Of a stretch of 64,000 nt of DNA, positions 22,105 through 34,585 are shown piece by piece (positions within the stretch are counted from its first letter, which is position 1; each line of letters opens with the position of its first letter). The DNA comes from Eledone cirrhosa. Its lineage: Eukaryota. The position numbers and the translations under genes were made by a program. Under the pieces are notes generated by a model. That model saw only the letters and a program-made list of their open reading frames with translations. It had not been told where the DNA came from and searched no databases. The stretch spans positions 36,766,001 to 36,830,000 of the forward strand of contig OZ024740.1 in NCBI GenBank assembly GCA_964016885.1. Reading direction: 5' to 3'.

Positions 22105-24855
22105 ATGTCGAACCTAAACAGTTCGAATAACGGTGAAGTGGAGACTGGAATGTCATGTGACAGACTCTCACCCAGCAGGTGCTCCCTGGCCCAGCAGCGC
22201 GGACCTGGCTGTCATCCAAATACTGCTGGTGTTGGAGGAAGAAGAAGAAGGAAAGGGACCAGAAGCAACTGGACGAAAGAATTGAATAGAACTGTTATGC
22301 AATGTTACCTGAAGAGCAACCCCAAGGAGAAAGGCTATAGGAAACGGATGGATAACATCTGGAACGAGATTGGTCTATTTAAATTAGATGAACAAAAATT
22401 GGCCGGGCAGGTTCGGGTAATAAGAACTAATGGGTGGATAAGCGAGCTGGAACTGGAGGAACTCAGCAGAGAGATTAGGTTGGAAATGGAGGGTGGAGTA
22501 TGCCAGGCTAACGAGCCAGTGGGAAATGAAGGTGAAGAGGTTGAGAGAATGGAGGAAGCATCCAAAGCAGACAATGACTGAATGCTGAAATAAATAATAC
22601 CTGAAACTAAGATACGGCCATTGAGGAAATGAATGCTGACGGGATAGGACGAGATTTGGTTGATATCCTAAACTTAGTGGTAGATGAAATGAACAATGAT
22701 AGTGGGAAACCTATGAATCTAAGATTTGGAGTCAGGAAAAAGTTAAAAGAAACAACAGCTAAGGTAAACAAAGTCATCCCATACCTTGAGGCGAGGAACC
22801 TTCACCAGTGCAACAATATCCTCAAAGCAACAGCAAATGCGGTGAGGAAATTACTTGGCATAAATGCGAGAGGAAACAACAAACAAGAAAGATCAGAACC
22901 TTGGTGGAAGAAACGACTGAATGGTCAAATCAGGGAAATGAGAAATGACATTGGAAAGCTTGAGACCCTACTGAATGGGACACTAAAAAACATAGACACT
23001 AAAAATAGACTGGAAATAAAGTACAAAACTAGGAGGAAAAGGCTAAATATTATCATAGAGAAACTGACGCAACGCATTGTAGCAAAGAGCGCAAAGATTA
23101 GACGATACGAGAGCAGAGTCAGTCAGTATAGACAGAACCGCATGTTTGATAACAACCAGAAGATGCTGTTTGGACAGCTTGAAGGGAAAGAAAGAGGCAA
23201 CGACTTGATCCCTGAGGCGGAACAAACTAAGACATTCTCGAGAGGAATATGGGAGCAGGGTGTTGAACATAATGATCAGGCAGTGTGGATTGAGACAGTA
23301 CAAAAGGAGATTAGTGAACAGGCACACCAACAAACTGATTTGAGTATCACAGTTGAAACTCTTAAGGGTCAGGCCAAAAAACTAACCAACTGGAAATCAC
23401 CAGGCCCAGACGGTGTGCAGGCGTATTGGATTAAAAATATAACATCCCTCCACCCGAAACTGACAACCATGTTCAATTTCTGCTTGATGTCAGGTGAGGT
23501 ACCAGAGTGGTTGACACAAGGTACCACAGTTCTGGTAATGAAAGACCGCACCAAGGGTAATGATGTTACCAACTATAGACCTATCACATGTCTGTCCGTA
23601 ATGTGGAAACTGTTAACAAGCATTGTGTCTGAGAAAATCTACCATCACCTCCACATAAACAACCTGTTACCGGAAGAACAAAAGATTCCGGAAGAAGTCC
23701 CGTGGTACAAAGGACCAGTTACTTATTGATAAGATGGTAATGAGGAATTGCAGGGGGAGACACACTTGTCTTGCCATGGGATGGATAGACTACAAAAAGC
23801 CATTCGACATGGTACCTCATTCTTGGATAACCAAAAGCCTAGAGATCTTCAGGGTGGCAGATAACATCAGACATTTGTTGAGCAAAAGTATGAAGTCCTG
23901 GAAAACAGAGTTAACATCGGGAAGAGAATCCTTGGGAGGCGTGAGGATCAAGAGAGGTATCTTCCAGGGAGATAGTTTGTCCCCTCTGTTGTTTGTCCTT
24001 GCCCTGATATCCCTGACCATTATACTGCGAAAAGTGAGAGCAGGATAGAAGTTGGGAAAGCGAGAGCTTACCATCAATCACCTCCTCTTCATGAACGATC
24101 TTAAGCTCTTCGGGTAGAGTAAGAGGGAGTTGGATGTGCTTGTTGACACTCTCCGTATTTTCAGCAATGATATATGTATGCAATTTGGTATTAGTAAGTG
24201 TGGAGTCCATGTGATGAAGATGGGTAAATTGAGCAGAAGCAACGGAATCCAGGTACCAACAGGTGAGATGATAAAGGAAATTGATGCTGAAGAAGGATAC
24301 AAATATTTAGGTGTTCTGGGGGCTGATGACATCACGAACAAAAAAATGATGGAACTGATAAGATCTGAATACATTCGGAGAGTAAGGAGCGTACTATAGT
24401 CATATCTGAACAGTAGGAATGCCATAAGTGCAGTAAATTCCCGAGTTGAGTCTATTATTAGGTACAGTGCGGGAATTCTGAGATGGAATGTTGCTGAACA
24501 AAAAGAAATGGATAGGAAGACTAGGAAGCTATGGAAGAGCATAGAGGACTGTGTTTAGATGGAGAAAAACAACCTACACAAATACGTGACTGATAGTAGG
24601 GAGCCAATTCTCAGAATTGTACTGAAGGAGAGGACAATAGACCAGGGGATGTCCAAGGAGGAAATAACAACAAGGAGTAAGAGCAACCTTCATGAAAAAT
24701 CCCTTCATAGTGCCTTCTTTGAGAAAACTGAATTTAGAGATCCACAGAGATGGAACTGGTTTAAAAGAGGAGACCTTAATAAGGCTACAGAAGGAATGCT
24801 ACTGGCTGCGCAAGAGCAGGCCTTCAAGACGAAGTGGCTGAAACACCATATTTAC
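22105..24855 (+). mobile_element. Dong/R4-clade element copy 2 (family A), multiple stops, 3' end deleted
   Basis: Collinear with 17260-20086 from MSNLNSSNNGE to WLKHHIY, then fused to Tx1 ORF1 sequence. Confidence 0.95.
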
Positions 24856-24857
24856 GA

Positions 24858-26397
24858 TGGTGTGGCGTGGTGGATGGTGTAGGCGCTGGTGCTAGTTCTG
24901 AAGCGTTGGGTGGTGGTGGTGTTGGTTTTGCTGGTGGTGGTGGTGTTGGTTTTGCTACTGTTGCTGGGGTTGTTGCTGTTATAGTTGCTTCTGTTGTTGC
25001 TGCTACAGTTGTTGCTGCCATCTCTGCTACTGGTGGTGTTGATGGTTGAGTCACTGGTGTGGGTAGGAGAGGTGGCCTCAACCTTTTAGCCTGAGGGCAA
25101 AAAGCCCTTAGGTGGGTTCATTCACCACAAACGACACACCTACGCCTTCTGCCCTCGACAATTACGGTGAGGTCGCTGCCGTCAGTGAGGTCTATTACCT
25201 CTGGGATCTCCTCAATGCTTTTTTGGTCCGCTTGGATCAGGAGCTCCATCCCAGATCCGGACCAGTTCTCCTGCTTTTCTTTTGCTATTGCTATTATCTT
25301 AGTGTTGGCTTCGATGCCAGCAAGGACGGTCGCTATTAGCCAGGGAATTTCGATGGCCGGTGGAACGTGGGTCGCCCTGATCTTTACGAGTCTCTGGCCA
25401 CAATAGCTCGGGACGAGTGTGAAGTTGTCACTTCTTAATGGGGCCATGGAGTGTTCTCTGGCCTCCTCTGGTGTTTCAAAGAACACGTCCACGGTTCCAT
25501 ACTTCTGCCCACGTCTGATGTGGGTTTTTCTTGCCCACACATGTCCCAAAGCTTTTTGGATTTGGGACTCGGATGCCCGTTCCACTCGGCGCGATTTTAC
25601 ATTAATTGTTCGATACGACACGGTGCATAGGCGCCGATGCTCCATTTTATTAGGTGGGTGGAGTGGGGGTGAGGCTGACCCTGTACCCATCTTTCTTTAC
25701 CATTTTTGGGAGCATTTTCTAATTCCGCCTGAGTTACCGTAAATGCTTCGCACTGTTTTGCTACTCTGGCAAAACTCAGGGTGATTTTTTTAATGTCATT
25801 GTTGCTGTTGTTGTTATCGTTATTTTTGTTATTATTAATTTTAGTTTCAGTTGTGGTGGTGGTGACGTCAGTGGTGTTCGGTTTGGAAGAGTCCATTTTG
25901 GTTGAAAACATTTCGACATCACGAGTTGATTTATTTTTTCCTTTTGTTTCTGTTGTCGCGGTGGTGGTGGTGGTTGTCGCGGTGGTGGTGGTGGTGGTGG
26001 CGGCTTTAACACCTGCAGTCATTGGTAATGGCGAGAAATGAATGTCTGCCTGAGACAAATTTAAAATATTGCTACTGCTTAAATTTTTTGTGTTGGCAAA
26101 CGTAGTAATATTTACAATGGTGGTGTCGGTGTGAGGTGTTAGTTTGTGAGGAAGGCTCTCAGCTGCTTGGTGCAGAGGTGAATTTGCCATTTTTTTCAAA
26201 GAAATTTTTTGATAATCATAAAAGTTTAAATTTTGGGCACAAGGCCCCAATCTTTTTGGGTGTCCTCTTCGGAAAACAATGTATGTGCGCTTATAAACAG
26301 TTAACAATAAAATTTTCCATAAATGGTAATTTTTAACAAACGGAAATAACAAACCTTTGCGGAGCTCACAATGATACGATTTACTACGTAGGTCGCC
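24858..26397 (-). mobile_element. Tx1-like element copy 2: 5' UTR plus most of ORF1 only
   Basis: Collinear with ~14496-15977. The 5' start GGCGACCTACGTAG lies directly after (ATT)n; ATG at 26190 (MANSPLHQ). Confidence 0.93.
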
Positions 26398-26475
<78 letters not shown>

Positions 26476-26480
26476 AAGAA

Positions 26481-27861
26481 CGGAATTGAATGCAAGGAAT
26501 AGGATCGATGCCATAAACACGCTTGCCATACCAGTAGTAACCTACAGTTACAATGTCATCAACTGGTCAAGCACAGAGATCCGTAGGCTCGATACAAAAA
26601 TTCGAAAATTCTTAACCATGCACAGAATGCATCACCCTAAGGCAGATATAGATAGAATATATCTCCCTAGGAAAGAAGGAGGACGTGGGTTAATCCAGTT
26701 AGACATTGCGTTGAAAACTGCAACAATTGGATTATCTACATATCTAAGGGAATCACATGATTGGATGATCAAACTCGTTTTGAAACACGAAAGCATCAAA
26801 AGATCATATTCCATTACAAAAGATGCACAAAGATACAGTAATGGACTACAAATTTCAGAAGTCCCATTTACTGCTGAAATGGAAAACACAGAAAAAGCAA
26901 AGCAGGTAAAAGTAACTGCAAAGAAAGAACTGCTACAGAAACTGGCTAAAAAATGGCAAGAAAAGCCTCTGTATGGAAAATACCCAGAGCGAGCTAACAA
27001 TCCTGATGTTGACAAAACTTTAACCCATCAGTGGTTGGCATCCTCTGGACTGAAATCGGAGACTGAAGGACTGATTATATCAGCACAAGATCAGTGTCTG
27101 CCAACAAAAAATTACCAAGCCAACATAATAAAAAATGGATGCAGCTCATTATGCCGTGTATGCAAAAAACAACCAGAGACCATTGACCATATAATTTCAA
27201 TGTGCAGTCCTATAGCTCCAACCGAATACCTAAACAGGCATGACAGAGCTGCACAATACATACATTGGATAATGTGTAAGCATTTTGACCTGCCCCATCA
27301 AAAGAATTGGTGGGAGCATCAACCACCTCCCATACTTGAAAAAGATCACATCTCAATCTTGTGGAACTTTAGCATCCAAACAGAGCGAAAAATAGATGCA
27401 AATAGACCTGATATAATATTGAAGGACTTTCAAAAGAGGGTATGCCTGCTAATTGATATGTCTGTTCCAATAGACAAGAATGTATCTATAAAAACATTTG
27501 AAAAATTGAGCAAGTATAAGGACCTGGAGATAGAAATTGGAAAAATGTGGAAATTGAGAACTAAAACAATACCAGTGTTTGTAGGCGCTCTGGGAATGAT
27601 ACCTAAGGGGTCTAATGATTACTTATCGCAAATCCCAGGAAACCCGCGTATAGGAGAAATACAAAAGATAGTACTAATGGGAACTGCCCATATACTAAGG
27701 AAGATTCTGTCAATATAAGTACATCACAAGTCTAAACACTAAAGATGCATGTGTGAGTATGTATGTTTTTCTTGAACATGGCGGACCTTGTTGTCTCTTG
27801 AGGTCACTGGTTGTGACTTGGTGATAACTCGTATGAACATAAAGCAAGATAAATGCAACTG
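26481..27861 (+). mobile_element. Dong/R4-clade element of a second family (B), 5'-truncated, with (TAA)n tail
   Basis: Same domain order as family A but clearly divergent in sequence; 3' UTR then (TAA)6. Confidence 0.93.
26486..27718 (+). CDS. Uninterrupted 410-codon C-terminal part of an R4/Dong polyprotein (RT thumb, CCHC, RLE); no true start
   Basis: AINTLAIPVVTYS, HHPKADIDRIYLPRKEGGRGL, CRVCKKQPETIDHIISMC, RHD, NRPDII..D..EKLSKYKDL, VGALG, ILRKIL*. Confidence 0.8.
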   Translation: MNARNRIDAINTLAIPVVTYSYNVINWSSTEIRRLDTKIRKFLTMHRMHHPKADIDRIYLPRKEGGRGLIQLDIALKTATIGLSTYLRESHDWMIKLVLKHESIKRSYSITKDAQRYSNGLQISEVPFTAEMENTEKAKQVKVTAKKELLQKLAKKWQEKPLYGKYPERANNPDVDKTLTHQWLASSGLKSETEGLIISAQDQCLPTKNYQANIIKNGCSSLCRVCKKQPETIDHIISMCSPIAPTEYLNRHDRAAQYIHWIMCKHFDLPHQKNWWEHQPPPILEKDHISILWNFSIQTERKIDANRPDIILKDFQKRVCLLIDMSVPIDKNVSIKTFEKLSKYKDLEIEIGKMWKLRTKTIPVFVGALGMIPKGSNDYLSQIPGNPRIGEIQKIVLMGTAHILRKILSI

Positions 27862-28294
27862 TAATAATAATAATAATAATTCCTAAATACTTAGCTTATT
27901 TCTATATCGATGAGTCTCTCATATTTTTTTTGCCGAATTTTATAATTAACGAAGAGCACCCTTCCCCAGATAAAATGACTGATACAGTGGGTCTAGCTGG
28001 CTGTTCTCTGCTGCACTGCTGAAGCCATCTTGTCCGTATGCTGCAGCTGAGATATACGACTCAGCTTGGCGTGTATACTCTGATCCTCCCTAACCCTCCC
28101 TCTTTTTCATTATTTAATTATTAATCTTTCTCTTCCTGTGTTTCATTATAGAGACATTTAGAAATAAAAACAAATGATGACAGCCGAATATGCCCCTACT
28201 TTTACTCAGTCTCTCTTTAGTACTACAAGTACAGAATGAATCATATTTAACTGGGTGATGTCTAAAAACATCTGACTGATGAAATGTCAAGTCA

Positions 28295-28363
28295 GTCAAT
28301 CATATCGGTGGCCTCCCCACAGCCCTGGCGGACATAATGGCGAAGGCGTTTCCCCGGAGGACA
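28295..28363 (-). mobile_element. Tiny 3' coding remnant of a CRE-like element
   Basis: 28342-28361 is identical (20 nt) to 183-202; it translates VLRGNAFAIMSARAVG versus ILRGNAFSILSAGAVD. Confidence 0.55.
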
Positions 28364-28534
28364 TACTGCAATAAATGTCCCTCGTAGATATTGTATAAGA
28401 AGTGAAATCAATATTGTATGCTATGATAAAAACAATACAGCTGTTAACAATATTGTTCTATATAAAGAGAATTATATAACTGACAGCAATATAGCTGATA
28501 TCAGTATTGTGTTATACGATGACAACTAGTTAAT

Positions 28535-29020
28535 ATTGTGTGATATTATGACAACATTGATAGTAATATTGTGTGATATGATGATAACATTCATATCAAT
28601 ATTGTGTGGTATGATGATAACATTGATATCAATATTGTGTGATATGATGATAACATTGATAGAAATAGTGTGTGATATGATGATAACATTGATATCAATA
28701 TTGTGTGATATGATGATAACATTGATATCAATATTGTGTGATATGATAACATTGATAGTAATATTGTGTGATATGATGATAACATTGATAGAAATATTGT
28801 GTGATATGATGATAACATTGATAGAAATAGTGTGTGATATGATGATAACATTGATAGAAATATTGTGTGATATGATGACAACATTGATATCAATATTGTG
28901 TGATATGATGATAACATTGATAGTAATATTGTGTGATATGATGACAACATTGATATCAATATTGTGTGATATGATGACAACATTGATATCAATATTGTGT
29001 GATATGATGATAATGATATG
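28535..29020. repeat. 33-bp minisatellite (attgtgtgatatgatgataacattgatatcaat), about 14-15 copies
   Basis: Direct periodicity (11-aa repeat in the ORF track); degenerate related units on both flanks (28390-28535, 29020-29250). Confidence 0.95.
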
Positions 29021-29249
29021 ACAGATGGTAATGTTGTGTGATATGATGATAATGATATAAGAGATAGTAATGTTGTGTGATATAATGAGAACCTAGCTGA
29101 TAGAAATAGTGTTCTATGATGACAACTTAGTTGATATCAATATTGTGTAATACGATAACAATATAACTGATAGTAATATTGTATAATATGAGAAGAACAA
29201 TATAACTGATAACAATATTGTATTATATGAAGACAACATGGTTCATAGA

Positions 29250-32200
29250 TACGTTGTGTTATATTACAACAATATGGTGGTTAGTAGTGTTATGTTATAT
29301 TACAACAATATGGTTGTTAGTAATATTGTGTTATATTCCAACAATATGGTTGTTAGTAATATTGTGTTATATTACAACAATATGGTTGTTAGTAATATTG
29401 TGTTATATTACAACAATATGGTTGTTAGTAATATTGTGTTATATTACAACAATATGGTGGTTAGTAATATTGTGTAATATGTCAACAATATGGTGGTTAG
29501 TAATATTGTGTAATATGTCAACAATATGGTTGTTAGTAATATTGTGTTATATTACAACAATATGGTGGTTAGTAATATTATGTTATATTACAACAATATG
29601 GTTGTTAGTAATATAGTGTTATATGACAACAATATGGTGGTTAGTAATATTGTGTTATATTACAACAATATGGTGGTTAGTAATATTGTGTTATATTACA
29701 ACAATATGGTGGTTAGTAATATTGTGTTATATTACAACAATATGGTGGTTAGTAATATTGTGTTATATTACAACAATATGGTGGTTAGTAATATTGTGTA
29801 ATATGTCAACAATATGGTGGTTAGTAATATTGTGTAATATGTCAACAATATGGTGGTTAGTAATATTGTGTTATATTACAACAATATGGTGGTTAGTAAT
29901 ATTGTGTTATATTACAACAATATGGTTGTTAGTAATATTGTGTTATATTACAACAATATGGTGGTTAGTAATATTGTGTTATATTACAACAATATGGTGG
30001 TTACTAATATTGTGTTATATTACAACAATATGGTGGTTAGTAATATTGTGTTATATTACAACAATATGGTGGTTAGTAATATTGTGTAATATGTCAACAA
30101 TATGGTGGTTAGTAATATTGTGTAATATGTCAACAATATGGTTGTTAGTAATATTGTGTAATATGTCAACAATATGGTGGTTAGTAATATTGTGTTATAT
30201 TACAACAATATGGTGGTTAGTAATATTGTGTTATATTACAACAATATGGTGGTTAGTAATATTGTGTAATATGTCAACAATATGGTGGTTAGTAATATTG
30301 TGTAATATGTCAACAATATGGTGGTTAGTAATATTGTGTTATATTACAACAATATGGTGGTTAGTAATATTGTGTTATATTACAACAATATGGTTGTTAG
30401 TAATATTGTGTTATATTACAACAATATGGTGGTTAGTAATATTGTGTTATATTACAACAATATGGTGGTTACTAATATTGTGTTATATTACAACAATATG
30501 GTGGTTAGTAATATTGTGTTATATTACAACAATATGGTGGTTAGTAATATTGTGTAATATGTCAACAATATAGTGGTTAGTAATATTGTGTTATATTACA
30601 ACAATATGGTTGTTAGTAATATTGTGTAATATGTCAACAATATGGTGGTTAGTAATATTGTCTTATATTACAACAATATGGTGGTTAGTAATATTGTGTT
30701 ATATTACAACAATATGGTGGTTAGTAATATTGTGTTATATTACAACAATATGGTGGTTAGTAATATTGTGTTATATTACTACAATATGGTGGTTAGTAAT
30801 ATTGTGTAATATGTCAACAATATGGTGGTTAGTAATATTGTGTAATATGTCAACAATATGGTGGTTAGTAATATTGTGTTATATTACAATAATATGGTGG
30901 TTAGTAATATTGTGTTATATTACAACAATATTGTTGTTAGTAATATTGTGTTATATTACAACAATATGGTTGTTAGTAATATTGTGTTATATTAAAACAA
31001 TATGGTGGTTAGTAATATTGTGTTATATTACAACAATATGGTGGTTAGTAATATTGTGTTATATTACAACAATATGGTGGTTAGTAATATTGTGTTATAT
31101 TACAACAATATGGTTGTTAGTAATATTGTGTAATATAACAACAATATTGTGGTTAGTAATATTTGTTGTATTACAACAATATGGTTGTTAGTAATATTGT
31201 GTAATATAACAACAATATGGTGGTTAGTAATATTGTCTTATATTACAACAATATGGTGGTTAGTAATATTGTGTTATATTACAACAATATGGTTGTTAGT
31301 AATATTGTCTTATATTACAACAATATGGTTGTTAGTAATATTGTGTAATATAACAACAATATGGTGGTTAGTAATATTGTCTTATATTACAACAATATGG
31401 TGGTTAGTAATATTGTGTTATATGACAACAATATGGTTGTTAGTAATATTGTGTAATATGTCAACAATATGGTGGTTAGTAATATTGTGTTATATTACAA
31501 CAATATGGTGGTTAGTAATATTGTGTTATATTACAACAATATGGTTGTTAGTAATATTGTGTAATATAACAACAATATTGTGGTTAGTAATATTGTGTTA
31601 TATTACAACAATATGGTTGTTAGTAATATTGTGTAATATAACAACAATATGGTGGTTAGTAATATTGTCTTATATTACAACAATATGGTGGTTAGTAATA
31701 TTGTGTTATATTACAACAATATGGTTGTTAGTAATATTGTCTTATATTACAACAATATGGTTGTTAGTAATATTGTGTAATATAACAACAATATGGTGGT
31801 TAGTAATATTGTCTTATATTACAACAATATGGTGGTTAGTAATATTGTGTTATATGACAACAATATGGTTGTTAGTAATATTGTGTAATATGTCAACAAT
31901 ATGGTGGTTAGTAATATTGTGTTATATTACAACAATATGGTGGTTAGTAATATTGTGTTATATTACAACAATATGGTTGTTAGTAATATTGTGTAATATA
32001 ACAACAATATTGTGGTTAGTAATATTCTGTTATATTACAACAATATGGTTGTTAGTAATATTGTGTAATATAACAACAATATGGTGGTTAGTAATATTGT
32101 GTTATATAACAACAATATGGTGGTTAGTAATATTGTGTTATATTACAACAATATGGTTGTTAGTAATATTGTGTTATATTACAACAATATGGTGGTTAGT

Positions 32201-34402
32201 AATATTGTGTTATATAACAACAATATGGTGGTTAGTAATATTGTGTTATATTACAACAATATGGTTGTTAGTAATATTGTCTTATATTACAACAATATGG
32301 TGGTTAGTAATATTGTGTTATATTACAACAATATGGTTGTTAGTAATATTGTGTTATATTACAACAATATGGTTGTTAGTAATATTGTGTAGTATGTCAA
32401 CAATATGGTGGTTAGTAATATTGTGTTATATTACAACGATATGGTGGTTAGTAATATTGTGTTATATTACAACAATATGGTTGTTAGTAATATTGTCTTA
32501 TATTACAACAATATGGTGGTTAGTAATATTGTGTTATATTACAACAATATGGTTGTCAGTAATATTGTGTTATATTACAACAATATGGTTGTTAGTAATA
32601 TTGTGTTATATTACAACAATATGGTTGTTAGTAATATTGTGTTATATTACAACAATATGGTGGTTAGTAATATTGTGTTATATTACAACAATATGGTTGT
32701 TAGTAATATTGTCTTATATTACAACAATATGGTGGTTAGTAATATTGTGTTATATTACAACAATATGGTTGTTAGTAATATTGTCTTATATAAAAACAAT
32801 ATGGTGGCTAGTAATATTGTGTTATATTACAACAATATGGTGGTTAGTAATATTGTGTTATATTACAACAATATGGTGGTTAGTAATATTGTGTTATATT
32901 ACAACAATATGGTTGTTAGTAATATTGTGTAATATAACAACAATATGGTGGTTAGTAATATTGTCTTATATTACAACAATATGGTGGTTAGTAATATTGT
33001 GTTATATTACAACAATATGGTTGTTAGTAATATTGTCTTATAATACAACAATATGGTTGTTAGTAATATTGTGTAATATAACAACAATATGGTGGTTAGT
33101 AATATTGTCTTATATTACAACAATATGGTGGTTAGTAATATTGTGTTATATGACAACAATATGGTTGTTAATAATATTGTGTAATATGTCAACAATATGG
33201 TGGTTAGTAATATTGTGTTATATTACAACAATATGGTGGTTAGTAATATTGTGTTATATTACAACAATATGGTTGTTAGTAATATTGTGTAATATAACAA
33301 CAATATTGTGGTTAGTAATATTGTGTTATATTACAACAATATGGTTGTTAGTAATATTGTGTAATATAACAACAATATGGTGGTTAGTAATATTGTGTTA
33401 TATAACAACAATATGGTGGTTAGTAATATTGTGTTATATTACAACAATATGGTTGTTAGTAATATTGTGTTATATTACAACAATATGGTGGTTAGTAATA
33501 TTGTGTTATATAACAACAATATGGTGGTTAGTAATATTGTGTTATATTACAACAATATGTTTGTTAGTAATATTGTCTTATATTACAACAATATGGTGGT
33601 TAGTAATATTGTGTTATATTACAGCAATATGGTTGTTAGTAATATTGTGTAGTATGTCAACAATATGGTGGTTAGTAATATTGTGTTATATTACAACAAT
33701 ATGGTGGTTAGTAATATTGTGTTATATTACAACAATATGGTTGTTAGTAATATTGTCTTATATTACAACAATATGGTGGTTAGTAATATTGTGTTATATT
33801 ACAACAATATGGTTGTCAGTAATATTGTGTTATATTACAACAATATGGTTGTTAGTAATATTGTGTTATATTACAACAATATGGTTGTTAGTAATATTGT
33901 GTTATATTACAACAATATGGTGGTTAGTAATATTGTGTTATATTACAACAATATGGTTGTTAGTAATATTGTCTTATATTACAACAATATGGTGGTTAGT
34001 AATATTGTCTTATATTACAACAATATGGTTGTTAGTAATATTGTCTTATATTACAACAATATGGTGGTTAGTAATATTGTGTTATATTACAACAAGATGG
34101 TTGTTAGTAATATTGTCTTATATTACAACAATATGGTGGTTAGTAATATTGTCTTATATTACAACAATATGGTGGTTAGTAATATTATGTTATATTACAA
34201 CAATATGGTAGTTAGTAATATTGTGTTATATTACAACAATATGGTGGTTAGTAGTATTGTGTTATATTACAACAATATGGTTGTTAGTAATATTGTCTTA
34301 TATTACAACAATATGGTGGTTAGTAATATTGTGTTATATTACAACAATATGGTTGTTAGTAATATTGTCTTATATTACAACAATATAGCTGATAACAATA
34401 TT
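29250..34402. repeat. 36-bp satellite (attgtgttatattacaacaatatggtggttagtaat), about 140 copies
   Basis: Direct periodicity (12-aa repeats in the ORF track); homogeneous with few variant positions. Confidence 0.98.
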
Positions 34403-34585
34403 TCATGGATTAATAAATAGGTCACTATAAAATATCAGAAATAGATAATATCATTGGGTTGGTCTTCGCATGTAGTAAAAAGGATGTGAAGATTAGTGGT
34501 GAAGGTAGAGGGGAATAATCATCAGAATAATAGCGAGAAATGAAGATAAGACGAGCTAAGGATAAGAAACGGATAAAAAGATATT

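Noticed and set aside
25597-26529. 310-aa ORF with signal-peptide-like hydrophobic N-terminus
   Set aside because: The poly-Leu/Ile stretch comes from (CTT)n(ATT)n read in frame into the Tx1 5' UTR and ORF1.
27960-28090. Possible exon or promoter (CAAGATGGC YY1-like motif, small hairpin)
   Set aside because: The frame closes after 11 codons, there is no splice or homology support, and a single short motif is expected by chance.
28270-28300. CTGATGA inside a hairpin as a hammerhead
   Set aside because: No stem II followed by GAAA and no cleavage triplet in the right place.
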